From an uncultured Gemmatimonadales bacterium (GTDB lineage: Bacteria; Gemmatimonadota; Gemmatimonadetes; Gemmatimonadales; Gemmatimonadaceae), in contig CAWBZV010000014.1 in assembly GCA_963793305.1 (NCBI GenBank), positions 32,001-96,000 of the forward strand: a stretch of 64,000 nt of DNA. The letters run 5' to 3'. The number at the start of each line of letters is the position of its first letter. Within the stretch, counting starts at the first letter, position 1. Positions 8,752-19,562 of this stretch are shown piece by piece. The notes beneath the pieces were generated by a model. That model was not told where the DNA came from, made no database searches, and worked only from the letters and a program-made list of their open reading frames with translations. The position numbers and the translations under genes are program-made.

Positions 8752-9273
8752 ATGGATCCCCGCTACCCGATCGGTCGCTTCCAGCGACCCACGTCAATCG
8801 ACACCGAGACGCTGCACGCCGCCATCCAGGCGATCGCCGAGGCCCCGGCGCGGCTGCGCGCGGCGGTCGAAGGCCTGACGCCCGACCAGCTGAACACGCC
8901 CTATCGCGACGGTGGATGGACCGTGCGCCAGGTCGTCCATCATGTCCCCGAGAGTCATCTCAACGCGTACACGCGATGTAAGCTGGCATTGACGGAGTCG
9001 CATCCCCTCATCAAGCCGTACGACGAGAATGCGTGGGCGCAGACGTTGGATGTCGAGACGACGCCGATCGGCATCTCGATGCTCATGCTGGAGGCGCTCC
9101 ACGCACGGTGGGTGTTGCTCCTCCGAAGCCTGCAATCGGATCAGTGGGCGAGGACGTACCGGCATCCAGAGTCGGGCGACTGGCGCCTCGATCAGCTGGC
9201 GACACTGTATGCGTGGCATGGCCAGCACCACGTGGCGCACATTACCGAGCTCCGACAACGCTCCGGGTGGTGA
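8752..9273 (+). CDS. YfiT/BstA-family (DinB superfamily) thiol S-transferase
   Basis: DPRYPIG, TPYRDGGWTVRQVVHH, IKPYDE, YAWHGQHH. Confidence 0.92.
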   Translation: MDPRYPIGRFQRPTSIDTETLHAAIQAIAEAPARLRAAVEGLTPDQLNTPYRDGGWTVRQVVHHVPESHLNAYTRCKLALTESHPLIKPYDENAWAQTLDVETTPIGISMLMLEALHARWVLLLRSLQSDQWARTYRHPESGDWRLDQLATLYAWHGQHHVAHITELRQRSGW

Positions 9274-9277
9274 TCGG

Positions 9278-9306
9278 CGCTGTATACTGCTTGCTTGTAT
9301 ACAGCG
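9278..9306. promoter_or_regulatory. perfect inverted repeat CGCTGTATAC-N9-GTATACAGCG (operator or terminator)
   Basis: 10-bp perfect arms with 9-nt spacer, 22 nt before the TPR gene ATG. Confidence 0.5.
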
Positions 9307-9328
9307 TTTAGCGCATGTTTACGATGCC

Positions 9329-10600
9329 ATGAGTCGGCGACGCGCGAAATCCCCGGCCGACCGGGCTCGTCCCGCACAACCAAGCGCCCATCGCGCATTC
9401 CTCGACGCGCACGCGAGCGCAACGGACACGCTGGCGGCGCAACGCGAGGCCCGAGCCGGTCTGTACGTGCTGCAGTTGGCCGATTCCCTACGGGTCGGCC
9501 TCCCGCGGGAGCAGCGGCCGACGCCGCGCGAGTTGCGAGCGGCGCGCCGCCTGGTCGCCGATGTCGAGCCCGCGGCGATTCGCGATACCCTCGACCGCGT
9601 GCTCGATGCGGTGACCAATGCGTGCGGCGGCACGAGGCCGTTCGTCGCGGTGCGACTCATGGCGTACGCCCGCGTGTTGTTGAACGACTCGCGCTGGGCC
9701 CAGGCGGCGGATGTCTATCAGACGTTCATTGCGCACGCCGCGACGCCCGAAGATTTCAAGTGGATCCCTGACGCGTATCGGCGCCTGGCTTATGCCCTCC
9801 GCAGCCAGGGGCAGCCCGATGGCGCCGCGGCCGCGGTGCGCATGGGGTTGGCCGTTGCCGCCTCGCTTGGCGACGTTGAGACAGGCCTGCGCCTCAGAAT
9901 CTCCGCGGCGGCGCTGGAGCGGCTGCGGGGGAATGTCGACGGTGCGGACGCGATGCTCGTCGACGTGATCGCCGCGGCCGAGCGACATGCCTTACCGATC
10001 GTTCGCGCATTCGCGGTCCACGACCGTGGGACGATTGCCTACCAGCACGGCCGACTGCGCGATGCCGTGATGCAGTTCTACGAGGCCTGGCAGACCTACG
10101 TCGAGCCCATCAACCGGGACCGCGCGCTGGGTGACATGGCGATGGTGCTCGCCGATCTCGGCTTACGGGATCGTGCCCGCGATGCCTTTCTCATCATCTC
10201 GGGCACGACGGTCGAGCCGGAAACGCGGATGGTGGCGATGCTGAACCTCTTGGAGCTGGCAGCGAAGGACGGCCATGAGGCCGCGTTCGAGCAGTATCGC
10301 CAGGCGCTGGCGCGCGAGAGTCTCCCGGCGCGCATCCATGCCCGCTATTACCTCACGCTCGCCAAGGGATGGGAGCAGCTCGGTCGGCCGGCGGACGCCA
10401 AGACCGCCGCCGCCAAGGCCATATCGGTGGCGTCGCAGCACGGGATCGACCTCACGAGCCTGAACGACCCTGCCCCCGCGCCGGCGCTGCCACCGTCGCT
10501 CGAAGAGCAGGAGCAGGACCATCTGCGACTCGCGCATGTCGTCCGCGCGCTGGAGGTGGCGACCGGACACGCCGCGCTCGATCGTGCCCGAGCTCCCTGA
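9329..10600 (+). CDS. TPR-like helical-repeat protein, paralog of 1711..2952
   Basis: 423 aa; colinear motifs with 1711..2952 (HDRG, LGLxDxARDAF, FExYR, LP, AHVVxA). Confidence 0.8.
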   Translation: MSRRRAKSPADRARPAQPSAHRAFLDAHASATDTLAAQREARAGLYVLQLADSLRVGLPREQRPTPRELRAARRLVADVEPAAIRDTLDRVLDAVTNACGGTRPFVAVRLMAYARVLLNDSRWAQAADVYQTFIAHAATPEDFKWIPDAYRRLAYALRSQGQPDGAAAAVRMGLAVAASLGDVETGLRLRISAAALERLRGNVDGADAMLVDVIAAAERHALPIVRAFAVHDRGTIAYQHGRLRDAVMQFYEAWQTYVEPINRDRALGDMAMVLADLGLRDRARDAFLIISGTTVEPETRMVAMLNLLELAAKDGHEAAFEQYRQALARESLPARIHARYYLTLAKGWEQLGRPADAKTAAAKAISVASQHGIDLTSLNDPAPAPALPPSLEEQEQDHLRLAHVVRALEVATGHAALDRARAP

Positions 10601-11468
10601 CGTTGTCGTCTACCTCGAGCGACTGACCGCGCGCATCGTCGGTCTCGAGCTCGAGCGCCTGCGGATTCTCAACCCGTTCGTGTTGCGCTCGGTCTCGCCA
10701 CCAACATCGGACGCGGACGGCCGCCGCGTGACCGGCGTGCGGCGCATCGGCAAGCGCATCGTGCTCGCGTTGGAGGGCGACCTCTTCATCGTCATCGACC
10801 TCATGATCGCCGGTCGCTTGCGCTGGCGCGCGAAGGACAAGCCGATACGCGGGAAGCTCGCGCAAGCCGCCCTGGAGTTTGCCGACGGCACGCTCTTTCT
10901 CACCGAGGCCGGATCGAAACGACGGGCGTCCATCAACCTGGTCTCGGGCGAAGCGGCGCTGGCCGAGATCGACCGGGGCGGACTGGAGCCACTCACGGCC
11001 GATCTCGAGACGTTCTCCGCGCGGCTCGTGTCCGAGAGCCATACACTCAAGCGGGCGTTGACCGATCCACGGTTATTCAGTGGGATTGGCAACTCGTACT
11101 CCGACGAGATCTTGCATCGCGCCCGATTGTCGCCGCTGACGCTCACGCGGCGGTTGTCGGCCGAGGAGATCGAGCGACTCTACGTGGCGACCAAGGAGAC
11201 GCTCATCGAATGGACCGCGCGGCTCCGGGCTGACGTGGGGGAGGGATTCCCCGAGAAGGTGACCGCGTTCCGCGAAGGCATGGCGGTTCATGGGCGCTAT
11301 CGCCAACCGTGCCCGGTGTGTGGATCTCCAGTCCAGCGCATCGTGTATGCAGAGAACGAAACGAACTACTGCGCCCGTTGTCAGACGGGCGGCAAGCTCC
11401 TGGCAGATCGGGCCCTCTCCCGACTGTTACGTGACGATTGGCCGAGGTCGATAGACGAGGTCGAGTAG
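10584..11468 (+). CDS. Fpg/Nei-family DNA glycosylase
   Basis: GTG-PELPDV N-terminus, GIGNSYSDEIL (H2TH), CPVC...CARCQ zinc finger. Confidence 0.92.
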   Translation: MPELPDVVVYLERLTARIVGLELERLRILNPFVLRSVSPPTSDADGRRVTGVRRIGKRIVLALEGDLFIVIDLMIAGRLRWRAKDKPIRGKLAQAALEFADGTLFLTEAGSKRRASINLVSGEAALAEIDRGGLEPLTADLETFSARLVSESHTLKRALTDPRLFSGIGNSYSDEILHRARLSPLTLTRRLSAEEIERLYVATKETLIEWTARLRADVGEGFPEKVTAFREGMAVHGRYRQPCPVCGSPVQRIVYAENETNYCARCQTGGKLLADRALSRLLRDDWPRSIDEVE

Positions 11469-12452
11469 GTGTACGCGAGCTGTCTCTTCTGCAATCGCTC
11501 ACTCGGTGCGAACGAGATCATTGACCGGTTTCCCGTCGGCCGCCGGCTCGCGTTCGATCCAGCGAAGGGCCGCCTGTGGGTCGTGTGCCCGCATTGCCAT
11601 CAATGGAACCTCACGCCGCTCGAAGAACGGTGGGAGGCGATCGAAGACGCCGAGCGACGATTCCGCGACGCCAAACGCCGCGTGTCGACCGGCGAGATCG
11701 GTCTCGCGCGATTGCCGGAAGGCGTCGAGCTGATTCGCATCGGCCAACCGTTGCTCCCGGAGATGGCGGCGTGGCGATACGGGCCGCGTCTGTTGCGGCG
11801 ACGGGTGCAAGCACTGGCGGTGGTCGGGGCGGCGGCGATCGTGGGCGCCGGCGCCATCATCGGCGGCGTGGAGGCCGGCATAATCACGAGTGTCCCGTTC
11901 GTGTTCGTCTGGAACGGACGCCGAATCGCCCGGTGGATCTACGGGAGTCGCGTCATCGCGCAGATTCCCGATGGCAGCAACATCCCGCTGATCGTGCGAT
12001 ACCGTCACCTCACGGCCAGCCGCTTGGCGCCGGCGCCGGCCGGACGCTGGAAGTTGGCCATCTGTCACGACTTCGGGATGCGCATTTTCCACGATGACCA
12101 AGCGCTGGCCCCGGCGCGGCAACTGCTCGCGGGCATCAACACGTTCGGTGGCACGCGGGCGCAGCTCAACAGCGCGGTCGACCTCCTCGCGGGGGTCAAG
12201 AGCGCGAACGAATATTTCGGCCACGTGGTAACGAATCACCAGTCGGGGCTCGCGAACGGCTTGGACGGGTTGCCCGTGACCGTTCGCCTGGCGCTGGAGA
12301 TGGCGGCCCACGAGGAGTCGGAGCGCCGAGCCATGGAAGGCGAGCTCGCCGAGTTAGCCGAGGCGTGGCGGCGGGCGGAGGAGATTGCGGCGATCGCCGA
12401 CAACATGTTCCTCCCGCCATCGGTTGACGCCTTCTTTCGTCGTTTAGCTTAA
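11469..12452 (+). CDS. hypothetical protein with N-terminal Zn ribbon and membrane segment
   Basis: CLFC...CPHC, hydrophobic stretch LAVVGAAAIVGAGAIIGG, helical C-terminus. Confidence 0.8.
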   Translation: MYASCLFCNRSLGANEIIDRFPVGRRLAFDPAKGRLWVVCPHCHQWNLTPLEERWEAIEDAERRFRDAKRRVSTGEIGLARLPEGVELIRIGQPLLPEMAAWRYGPRLLRRRVQALAVVGAAAIVGAGAIIGGVEAGIITSVPFVFVWNGRRIARWIYGSRVIAQIPDGSNIPLIVRYRHLTASRLAPAPAGRWKLAICHDFGMRIFHDDQALAPARQLLAGINTFGGTRAQLNSAVDLLAGVKSANEYFGHVVTNHQSGLANGLDGLPVTVRLALEMAAHEESERRAMEGELAELAEAWRRAEEIAAIADNMFLPPSVDAFFRRLA

Positions 12453-12455
12453 GGG

Positions 12456-14255
12456 ATGCCGAAAGAGAAGTACAACGAAAAGCGCGCTTGGCGCGAGGCG
12501 CGCACGCTCGCGTGGCGCCACCGGGTGTCCTTGTCGCTCGGGTTGCTCGTGATGCTCGTCAACGTGGCGCTGACGCCCGTGTTGCCCGCGGCGCCGAAAT
12601 TCCTGATCGACAAGGTGCTCCTCAAGCACGACACGACCTGGCTCGTGCCGATCGTGGCGGCGATCGGCGCCGCGACGCTGATCCGCGTGATCACCTCGTT
12701 CGCCCTCTCGCAAATCGTGAGCATTGCGGCGCAGCGGGCGATCACGGACTTACGGAAGCAGGTCGAGCGTCACGTCTTGCGTCTCCCGGTCTCGTACTTC
12801 GACTCGACGAAATCCGGCATCCTCGTCACGCGCATCATGACCGACGCCGAGGGCGTGCGGAACATCGTGGGGACCGGGCTCATTCAACTGGTGAGCGGCG
12901 TGCTGACCGCGATCATTGCACTGATCGCCTTGCTCTACTTCAACTGGCGCCTGACCCTGTTCGCGATCGTCGTGCTCGGCGCGTTCGGCGCGATGATGTC
13001 GTATGCGTTCAGCAAACTGCGGCCGCTGTTTCGGGAACGGAGCATCATCACGGCCGACGTCACCGGTCGCCTCACCGAGTCGCTGGGCGGCGTTCGGACG
13101 TTGAAGGTGTACGTGGCGGAACGCCGCGAGCAGGTGGTGTTCGCGAAGGGCGTGCACCGGTTGTTCCGGAACATCGCCAAGACGATCACGGGGACATCGG
13201 CGGTGGGCGCTGGGGCGACCGCCACGGCCGGGCTCCTCGGTGTGATCGTCGGCCTGGGTGGAGCGCGCGCGGTCCTCGCGGGCACGATGACGATCGGAGA
13301 TCTCTTCAGCTACACGTTCTTCATTGCCCTCATGGCCTTCCCGCTCATTCAGATCGCGTCGATCGGCACGCAGGTGAGCGAGGCGTTCGCGGGGCTCGAT
13401 CGCATTCGCGAGATCATGGACATGAAGACCGAGGACGATCACGATCGGGAGCACGCGCCGCTGACGAACGTGCAGGGCGACGTCGCGTTCGATCGCGTGA
13501 GCTTCGCATACGTCGCGAGTCAGCCCGTCTTGCACGATCTGAGCTTTTCGGCCCCGGCGGGGACAACCACGGCGCTGGTCGGGTCCAGCGGATCGGGAAA
13601 GAGCACGACCCTGTCGCTCCTCATGGCGTTCGCCAAGCCCGACTCGGGCCGCATCCTGATCGACGGCCAGGATCTGGCGAGCACGCGCATCCGCGACTAT
13701 CGATCCCACCTCGGCGTCGTCATGCAGGATAACTTCTTGTTTGACGGTAGCGTGAAAGACAACATCGCGTTCGCCAAACCCGGCGCGACGGACGCCGAGG
13801 TGCGGCTCGCGGCGAAGATCGCGCATTGCAATGAGTTCGTGGATCGGTTTCCGAACGGATATGACACCATCGTCGGCGAGCGCGGGGTCAAACTCTCGGG
13901 CGGTCAGCGCCAGCGTGTGGCCATTGCTCGGGCGATCATCGCCGATCCGCGCATCTTGATCCTCGACGAGGCGACGTCGAGCCTCGACAGCGAGACCGAG
14001 GCGTTGATCCGGGATGGGCTCACGGCGCTCCGATCAGGACGCACGACGTTCGTGATCGCGCACCGGCTCTCCACCATCGAGAGCGCGGACCAGATCCTCG
14101 TCCTCGAGGGTGGTCGGATCGTCGAGCGCGGACGTCACGAAGAGCTGCTGGCGCTGGGTGGCCGATATCGGCAACTCTACAACCGGCAATACGGCTTGGA
14201 GACCGATCTCTTCGCTAACCCTGGCGAGGAGGACGTGACTCCGGTGCCGGCCTGA
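12456..14255 (+). CDS. ABC exporter, fused permease/ATPase (MsbA-like fold)
   Basis: TM domain plus GSSGSGKST, LSGGQRQR, ILDEATS, AHRLST. Confidence 0.95.
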   Translation: MPKEKYNEKRAWREARTLAWRHRVSLSLGLLVMLVNVALTPVLPAAPKFLIDKVLLKHDTTWLVPIVAAIGAATLIRVITSFALSQIVSIAAQRAITDLRKQVERHVLRLPVSYFDSTKSGILVTRIMTDAEGVRNIVGTGLIQLVSGVLTAIIALIALLYFNWRLTLFAIVVLGAFGAMMSYAFSKLRPLFRERSIITADVTGRLTESLGGVRTLKVYVAERREQVVFAKGVHRLFRNIAKTITGTSAVGAGATATAGLLGVIVGLGGARAVLAGTMTIGDLFSYTFFIALMAFPLIQIASIGTQVSEAFAGLDRIREIMDMKTEDDHDREHAPLTNVQGDVAFDRVSFAYVASQPVLHDLSFSAPAGTTTALVGSSGSGKSTTLSLLMAFAKPDSGRILIDGQDLASTRIRDYRSHLGVVMQDNFLFDGSVKDNIAFAKPGATDAEVRLAAKIAHCNEFVDRFPNGYDTIVGERGVKLSGGQRQRVAIARAIIADPRILILDEATSSLDSETEALIRDGLTALRSGRTTFVIAHRLSTIESADQILVLEGGRIVERGRHEELLALGGRYRQLYNRQYGLETDLFANPGEEDVTPVPA

Positions 14256-14619
14256 CCTCGGAGATATCGGGGCGGAGGCTCTGCGCGTCGCCCAGATACA
14301 CGTGTTGGATGGCGGAGCGCTGGCGGTCGCTCTCCACGTGCAGCAACACCCGGATGCAGTGGGCCATGGCCCCCGGCACGGGAATCTCCATCGTGCACAG
14401 CAACGGCACGTCGAGCCAGCCCATCGACCGCGCGGCCATGGCAGGGAAGGCGCTGGTCAGATCGGGCGTGACCGTGAAGATCACCGAGATGATGTGATCG
14501 AGGTCGATCCCATTACGGGCGATGATCTCGGAGAGCAGCTCGCGCGTGGCGGCGTAGACGAGCTCAGGGGCATCCCGCTCGACCGTGATGGCGCCCCGAA
14601 TGGCGCGAAGCCGCATCAT
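14215..14619 (-). CDS. aroH: chorismate mutase, AroH class
   Basis: RAIRGAITV, FTVTPDLTSAFPA, VPLLC, CIRVLLH, HVYLGDAQSLRPD. Confidence 0.92.
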   Translation of the reverse strand: MMRLRAIRGAITVERDAPELVYAATRELLSEIIARNGIDLDHIISVIFTVTPDLTSAFPAMAARSMGWLDVPLLCTMEIPVPGAMAHCIRVLLHVESDRQRSAIQHVYLGDAQSLRPDISEVRPAPESRPPRQG

Positions 14620-16287
14620 GGGAGGCGGCGCTCCGGGCGATAGGGAATCAGATCGAGCAACTCGCCGGCGCGGACGCGTGTCTGACGGTCGCGCCACCAC
14701 ATCACGTCGAGCAGGTCGCCGTGGGCGGCGAGAAACGCGTCGCGCAGTGCGCCGGGCGGAACGAGAAACGCGCGGAATTCTTCGGGGAACACGTCGTGAT
14801 CTCCAACATGGTACGCCGGTTCGGCCGCCATCTCTTCGTCAACGTCGACCGCGCGGGGAATCTCGCGAAAATTGCACTCGGAGAGCAGGGCCAGCTCATC
14901 GTAATCGTAACAGATCACTCGTCCATGTCTCGTGACGCCAAAGTTCTTGAGCAGCATGTCCCCGGTGAAGATATCAGCGCCCGCGAGATCTTTGATGGCG
15001 GTGCCGTAATCGAGCGCCGCGCGTTGCGCTTCCTCCGGATTGGCCTGCTTGAGATACAGATTCAGCGGCGTGACCCGGCGCTCGGTGTAGAGATGCCGGA
15101 CCACGACGCGGTCGCCATCCACTCGCACGGTGCGGCCGCAGGTCGCCAGCAGATCATCGAGCAGTGGTCGGGCGAAGCGCGCGACCGGAAATTCCATGGA
15201 CTCGAACTCCTGCGCATCCGCCAATCGCCCCACGCGATCCCGAACGAAGACAAAACGATATCGATCCATGACTCCCCGCCGCGTGGTGCGCTTGGGGAAT
15301 CCGAATGCGTCCTTGATGATCTTGAAGACGACGTTGAACGAGGGCAGCGTGAACACGCTCATGACGGTCCCCACGTCGCCCTCGGCGATCTCGAATCGGG
15401 CGTCGGGTCGCTCCAGGTGCCGCATGAGGCTTCGATAGAGCTCGGTCTTGCCGTGCCGATTATACCCGATCGCCGTGTAGAGCTCGTCGACGCGCTTGCT
15501 CGGCATCATCGACGCCAGAAAACCGACGAGCGCACGCGGACGGTCGATGTCCACATGGAAATAGGACCAGCTGAAACCGAACACGACGGACGCTTCGTCC
15601 GCCGTCGGCAACGCCGCGTCGACCCGTATTCCGCGCGGCCCGTTCATGAGCGCGAGGATGAACGGCCGCGGTCGCCCGGTTTTCCGACGAATGCGGCTGA
15701 CGATATACGCGCCTTTGTTCCGATAGAATATCGCGGGGACTACGTCCACCGCGACGATTGGCTCGTGGACTCCCGCGATGGATGCCGAGAGTACGGCGTC
15801 GTGGCGGAGATCGGTCCATGGAATCGAGAAATCGAAGAGGCCCAGAATATCTGAGACCGTCGCCGCGTCGAGGCGGGATGCGTGGAGCGTGACGAACGGA
15901 GGATCGCCGTCAGGTGGCTCGTCGGGCGCCGTGAAGTCGATCTCGGGGTCGCTCCCAATGGTCCCCCGAATGCGCCGTACGACCGAGTTGAAAAAGCTCT
16001 CGGCGATCTCGGCGTCGTTCCGCGTGCAGACCAGCGCGCGGTACGCGCGCTTGACCAGGGCCCAGTCCGGCGCCGTGTGCCAGGCGCGAACGGCCGCGAC
16101 CGTGGCGGCCACGCGTTCCTCGTACAACGCCAGGCGGGCCGACGCGCTCGCTTGGGCCGCGCTCCACTCGCGTTCCTCGAAATGGCCGCGCGCGCGCCGG
16201 GTGATGTAACGAAAGGCGTCGTGGTACGATCCAAACGCGGTCGCGAGAACAGAGGCAAGCGCCTGGGCGTCGTTTATTATTGTCGGC

Positions 16288-16289
<2 letters not shown>
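14616..16289 (-). CDS. aceK: isocitrate dehydrogenase kinase/phosphatase
   Basis: [60 protein letters not shown]; exact start uncertain. Confidence 0.93.
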
Positions 16290-17529
<1,240 letters not shown>

Positions 17530-17536
17530 TTGGGGG

Positions 17537-17563
17537 TCCGGGGGGCGTAGTTTGCCCCCCGGA
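17537..17563. terminator. hairpin between convergent genes
   Basis: TCCGGGGGGC-gtagttt-GCCCCCCGGA, perfect 10-bp stem just after the icd stop. Confidence 0.7.
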
Positions 17564-17623
17564 GGCGAACAGACCAGTCGAGCAGCGTAGTGTGCTGCAT
17601 CGACGAGCCGCGGAGCGGCTTTA

Positions 17624-17944
17624 CTACGCGCGCCAGTGGCCTTCGACCCAGTACCAGGCGCCGTTGCGCTCGTACCAGTGGCCGGGGACCCAGCGCGTGT
17701 AGCCGGCGGGGCGCTGCTGCCAGTGACCCGGTACCCACACGTACGCTGCGGCCACGCCGTCCCACCGGTAGTGGCCGCGGACCCACACGTGCTCGGCCGA
17801 CGGCTGGGCCGGAACCACTTCGACGACTTCCGACGGCGGGGCGCTGCGAACGTATACGACGCCCGGGGGCGGCGGCGGTGGCGGCGGGCCGCCGCAGCCG
17901 ACCATGCCGATCAGGCACGCGACAGCGAGAAGCTTTGATTTCAT
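17624..17944 (-). CDS. YXWGXW-repeat lipoprotein
   Basis: GAGGA RBS; MKSKLLAVACLIGMVGC, poly-Pro, repeats VWVRGHY/VWVPGHW/RWVPGHW/YWVEGHW. Confidence 0.88.
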   Translation of the reverse strand: MKSKLLAVACLIGMVGCGGPPPPPPPPGVVYVRSAPPSEVVEVVPAQPSAEHVWVRGHYRWDGVAAAYVWVPGHWQQRPAGYTRWVPGHWYERNGAWYWVEGHWRA

Positions 17945-18121
17945 GTGGTCCTCATAAGTGTTGATGTAAGGACGGCTGAGCCGCTGAGACGTTAACCAGC
18001 AGGTGCAGAAAAACGCACGCTGCTCGTTAACGAACGTCGGTTGGACTGAGCTCGGCTTCGCCGGAGCGGGTCCCCCGAACGGCTGATTGTAATCGTTCTT
18101 GGTCACCGGGTACGCTCCATC

Positions 18122-19078
18122 ATGGACGCGTTACTCAATGCCTATTCAGAAGCAGTAGCCGGCGCCGCCGAGCGGGCCAGTCCGGCGGTCGTCAAGATCG
18201 AAACCCGAAAGCCCGGTGGCCGCGGGCGGTCCGGGGGCTCCGGCTCCGGATTCATCTTCGCCCCGGACGGCCTCACCCTCACCAACAGTCACGTCGTGCA
18301 AGGCGCCGAGCGCGTGACCGTCTCCTTGCAAGACGGACGCACGCGCACCGCGACCGTCGTGGGCGATGATCCCTCGACCGATCTCGCGGTTCTCCGGATC
18401 GCTGGCAACGGCGAAGACGGACCGTATCCCACCGTGGAGCTGGGAGAGTCCGCGACGCTCCGCCCTGGTCAGGTCGTCATCGCCATCGGAAATCCCTACG
18501 GGTTCCAGTACACCGTGACCGCCGGCGTCGTCAGTGCGCTCGGGCGATCGCTGAGATCCCAATCCGGGCGGCTCATCGACAACGTCGTGCAGACGGACGC
18601 CGCGCTCAATCCCGGCAACTCCGGCGGACCGCTGCTGGACTCTCGAGGTCGTGTGGTCGGCGTCAACAACGCGATCATCTTGCCCGCGCAGGGCATCTGC
18701 TTCGCGATTCCCATCGACACGGCGAAGATGGTCGTGAGCGCGCTGCTCCGAGACGGGCGCGTGAAGCGGAGCTACCTCGGCCTGGGAGGCCAGACCGTTC
18801 GGATCGCGAGGCGCATCGTGCACGACCTCGCACTCGGCGAGAACACCGGCGTGCTCGTCACGAACGTCGAGCCCGAGAGTCCGGCCGCGCAAGCCGGTTT
18901 GGTCGACGGCAATGTCATCGTGCGTTTCAATGACCAGCCGGTGCAGAGCGTCGACGACCTCCATCGCGTGCTCACCGAAGAGCGCATCGGCGTGCCGGCG
19001 AAGCTTGTGCTGGTCCGAGCCGGCGCGGTCAGAACGCTTCCCATCGTGCCCGCCGAGACCCGGCCGAAAGCCGCATAA
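18122..19078 (+). CDS. HtrA/DegQ-family serine protease (trypsin + PDZ)
   Basis: GSGSGF, TNSHVV, DLAVL, QTDAALNPGNSGGPL, PDZ; no signal peptide. Confidence 0.93.
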   Translation: MDALLNAYSEAVAGAAERASPAVVKIETRKPGGRGRSGGSGSGFIFAPDGLTLTNSHVVQGAERVTVSLQDGRTRTATVVGDDPSTDLAVLRIAGNGEDGPYPTVELGESATLRPGQVVIAIGNPYGFQYTVTAGVVSALGRSLRSQSGRLIDNVVQTDAALNPGNSGGPLLDSRGRVVGVNNAIILPAQGICFAIPIDTAKMVVSALLRDGRVKRSYLGLGGQTVRIARRIVHDLALGENTGVLVTNVEPESPAAQAGLVDGNVIVRFNDQPVQSVDDLHRVLTEERIGVPAKLVLVRAGAVRTLPIVPAETRPKAA

Positions 19079-19115
19079 AAAAGCTCGCCGGTAGCGCCCG
19101 TACGCTCCGGCGAGC
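19077..19115 (-). terminator. intrinsic terminator of a minus-strand mini-transcript
   Basis: GCTCGCCGG...CCGGCGAGC stem followed by T6 on the minus strand. Confidence 0.75.
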
Positions 19116-19148
19116 CCACAAAACCAGACCAAGGCGGTTAAGGACCGC

Positions 19149-19190
19149 TCAGTAGGCTCCGGCGATCCGTACCACCGTAAGGCTAGACAA
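19149..19190 (-). CDS. 13-aa mini-ORF (TTG) MSSLTVVRIAGAY within a probable small RNA
   Basis: Preceded by AGGAGGTGATCCA (AGGAGG 7 nt from TTG); TATATT -10-like box upstream; terminator downstream. Confidence 0.45.
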   Translation of the reverse strand: MSSLTVVRIAGAY

Positions 19191-19340
19191 TGGATCACCT
19201 CCTCTCGAATTGGGTTCAACATGAGGGGTGGACATGTGCACAATATATCCGGTTGAAGCCTTCAGGGCGAGTCGTGACAACGGGTTACGTTGCGGCGCGG
19301 TAAAAGGTCTGTTACCGTTAAGATCTCACACCGGAGACCT

Positions 19341-19562
19341 ATGGCGAAACAAGAAGCAATCGAGCTCGAAGGCACCGTAGCCGAAGTATTGCCGAACGCG
19401 ACGTTCCGCGTCGTGATGGACAACGGCCATGACGTTTTGACGACCCTTGGCGGGAACATGCGCCGCTTCCGTATCCGCGTACTCGCGGGCGACCGCGTGA
19501 AGATCGAGGTCTCCCCGTACGACCTCACTCGCGGCCGCATCACGTACCGCCACAAAGCCTGA
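19341..19562 (+). CDS. infA: translation initiation factor IF-1
   Basis: [22 protein letters not shown]...[28 protein letters not shown]. Confidence 0.97.
   Translation: MAKQEAIELEGTVAEVLPNATFRVVMDNGHDVLTTLGGNMRRFRIRVLAGDRVKIEVSPYDLTRGRITYRHKA

Noticed and set aside
9280..9304. E. coli-type LexA box upstream of fpg
   Set aside because: CTGT and ACAG are 17 nt apart, not 8.
19191..19203. 16S rRNA 3'-end fragment (TGGATCACCTCCT)
   Set aside because: Only 13 nt match and no upstream 16S sequence; better read as a strong SD on the minus strand.
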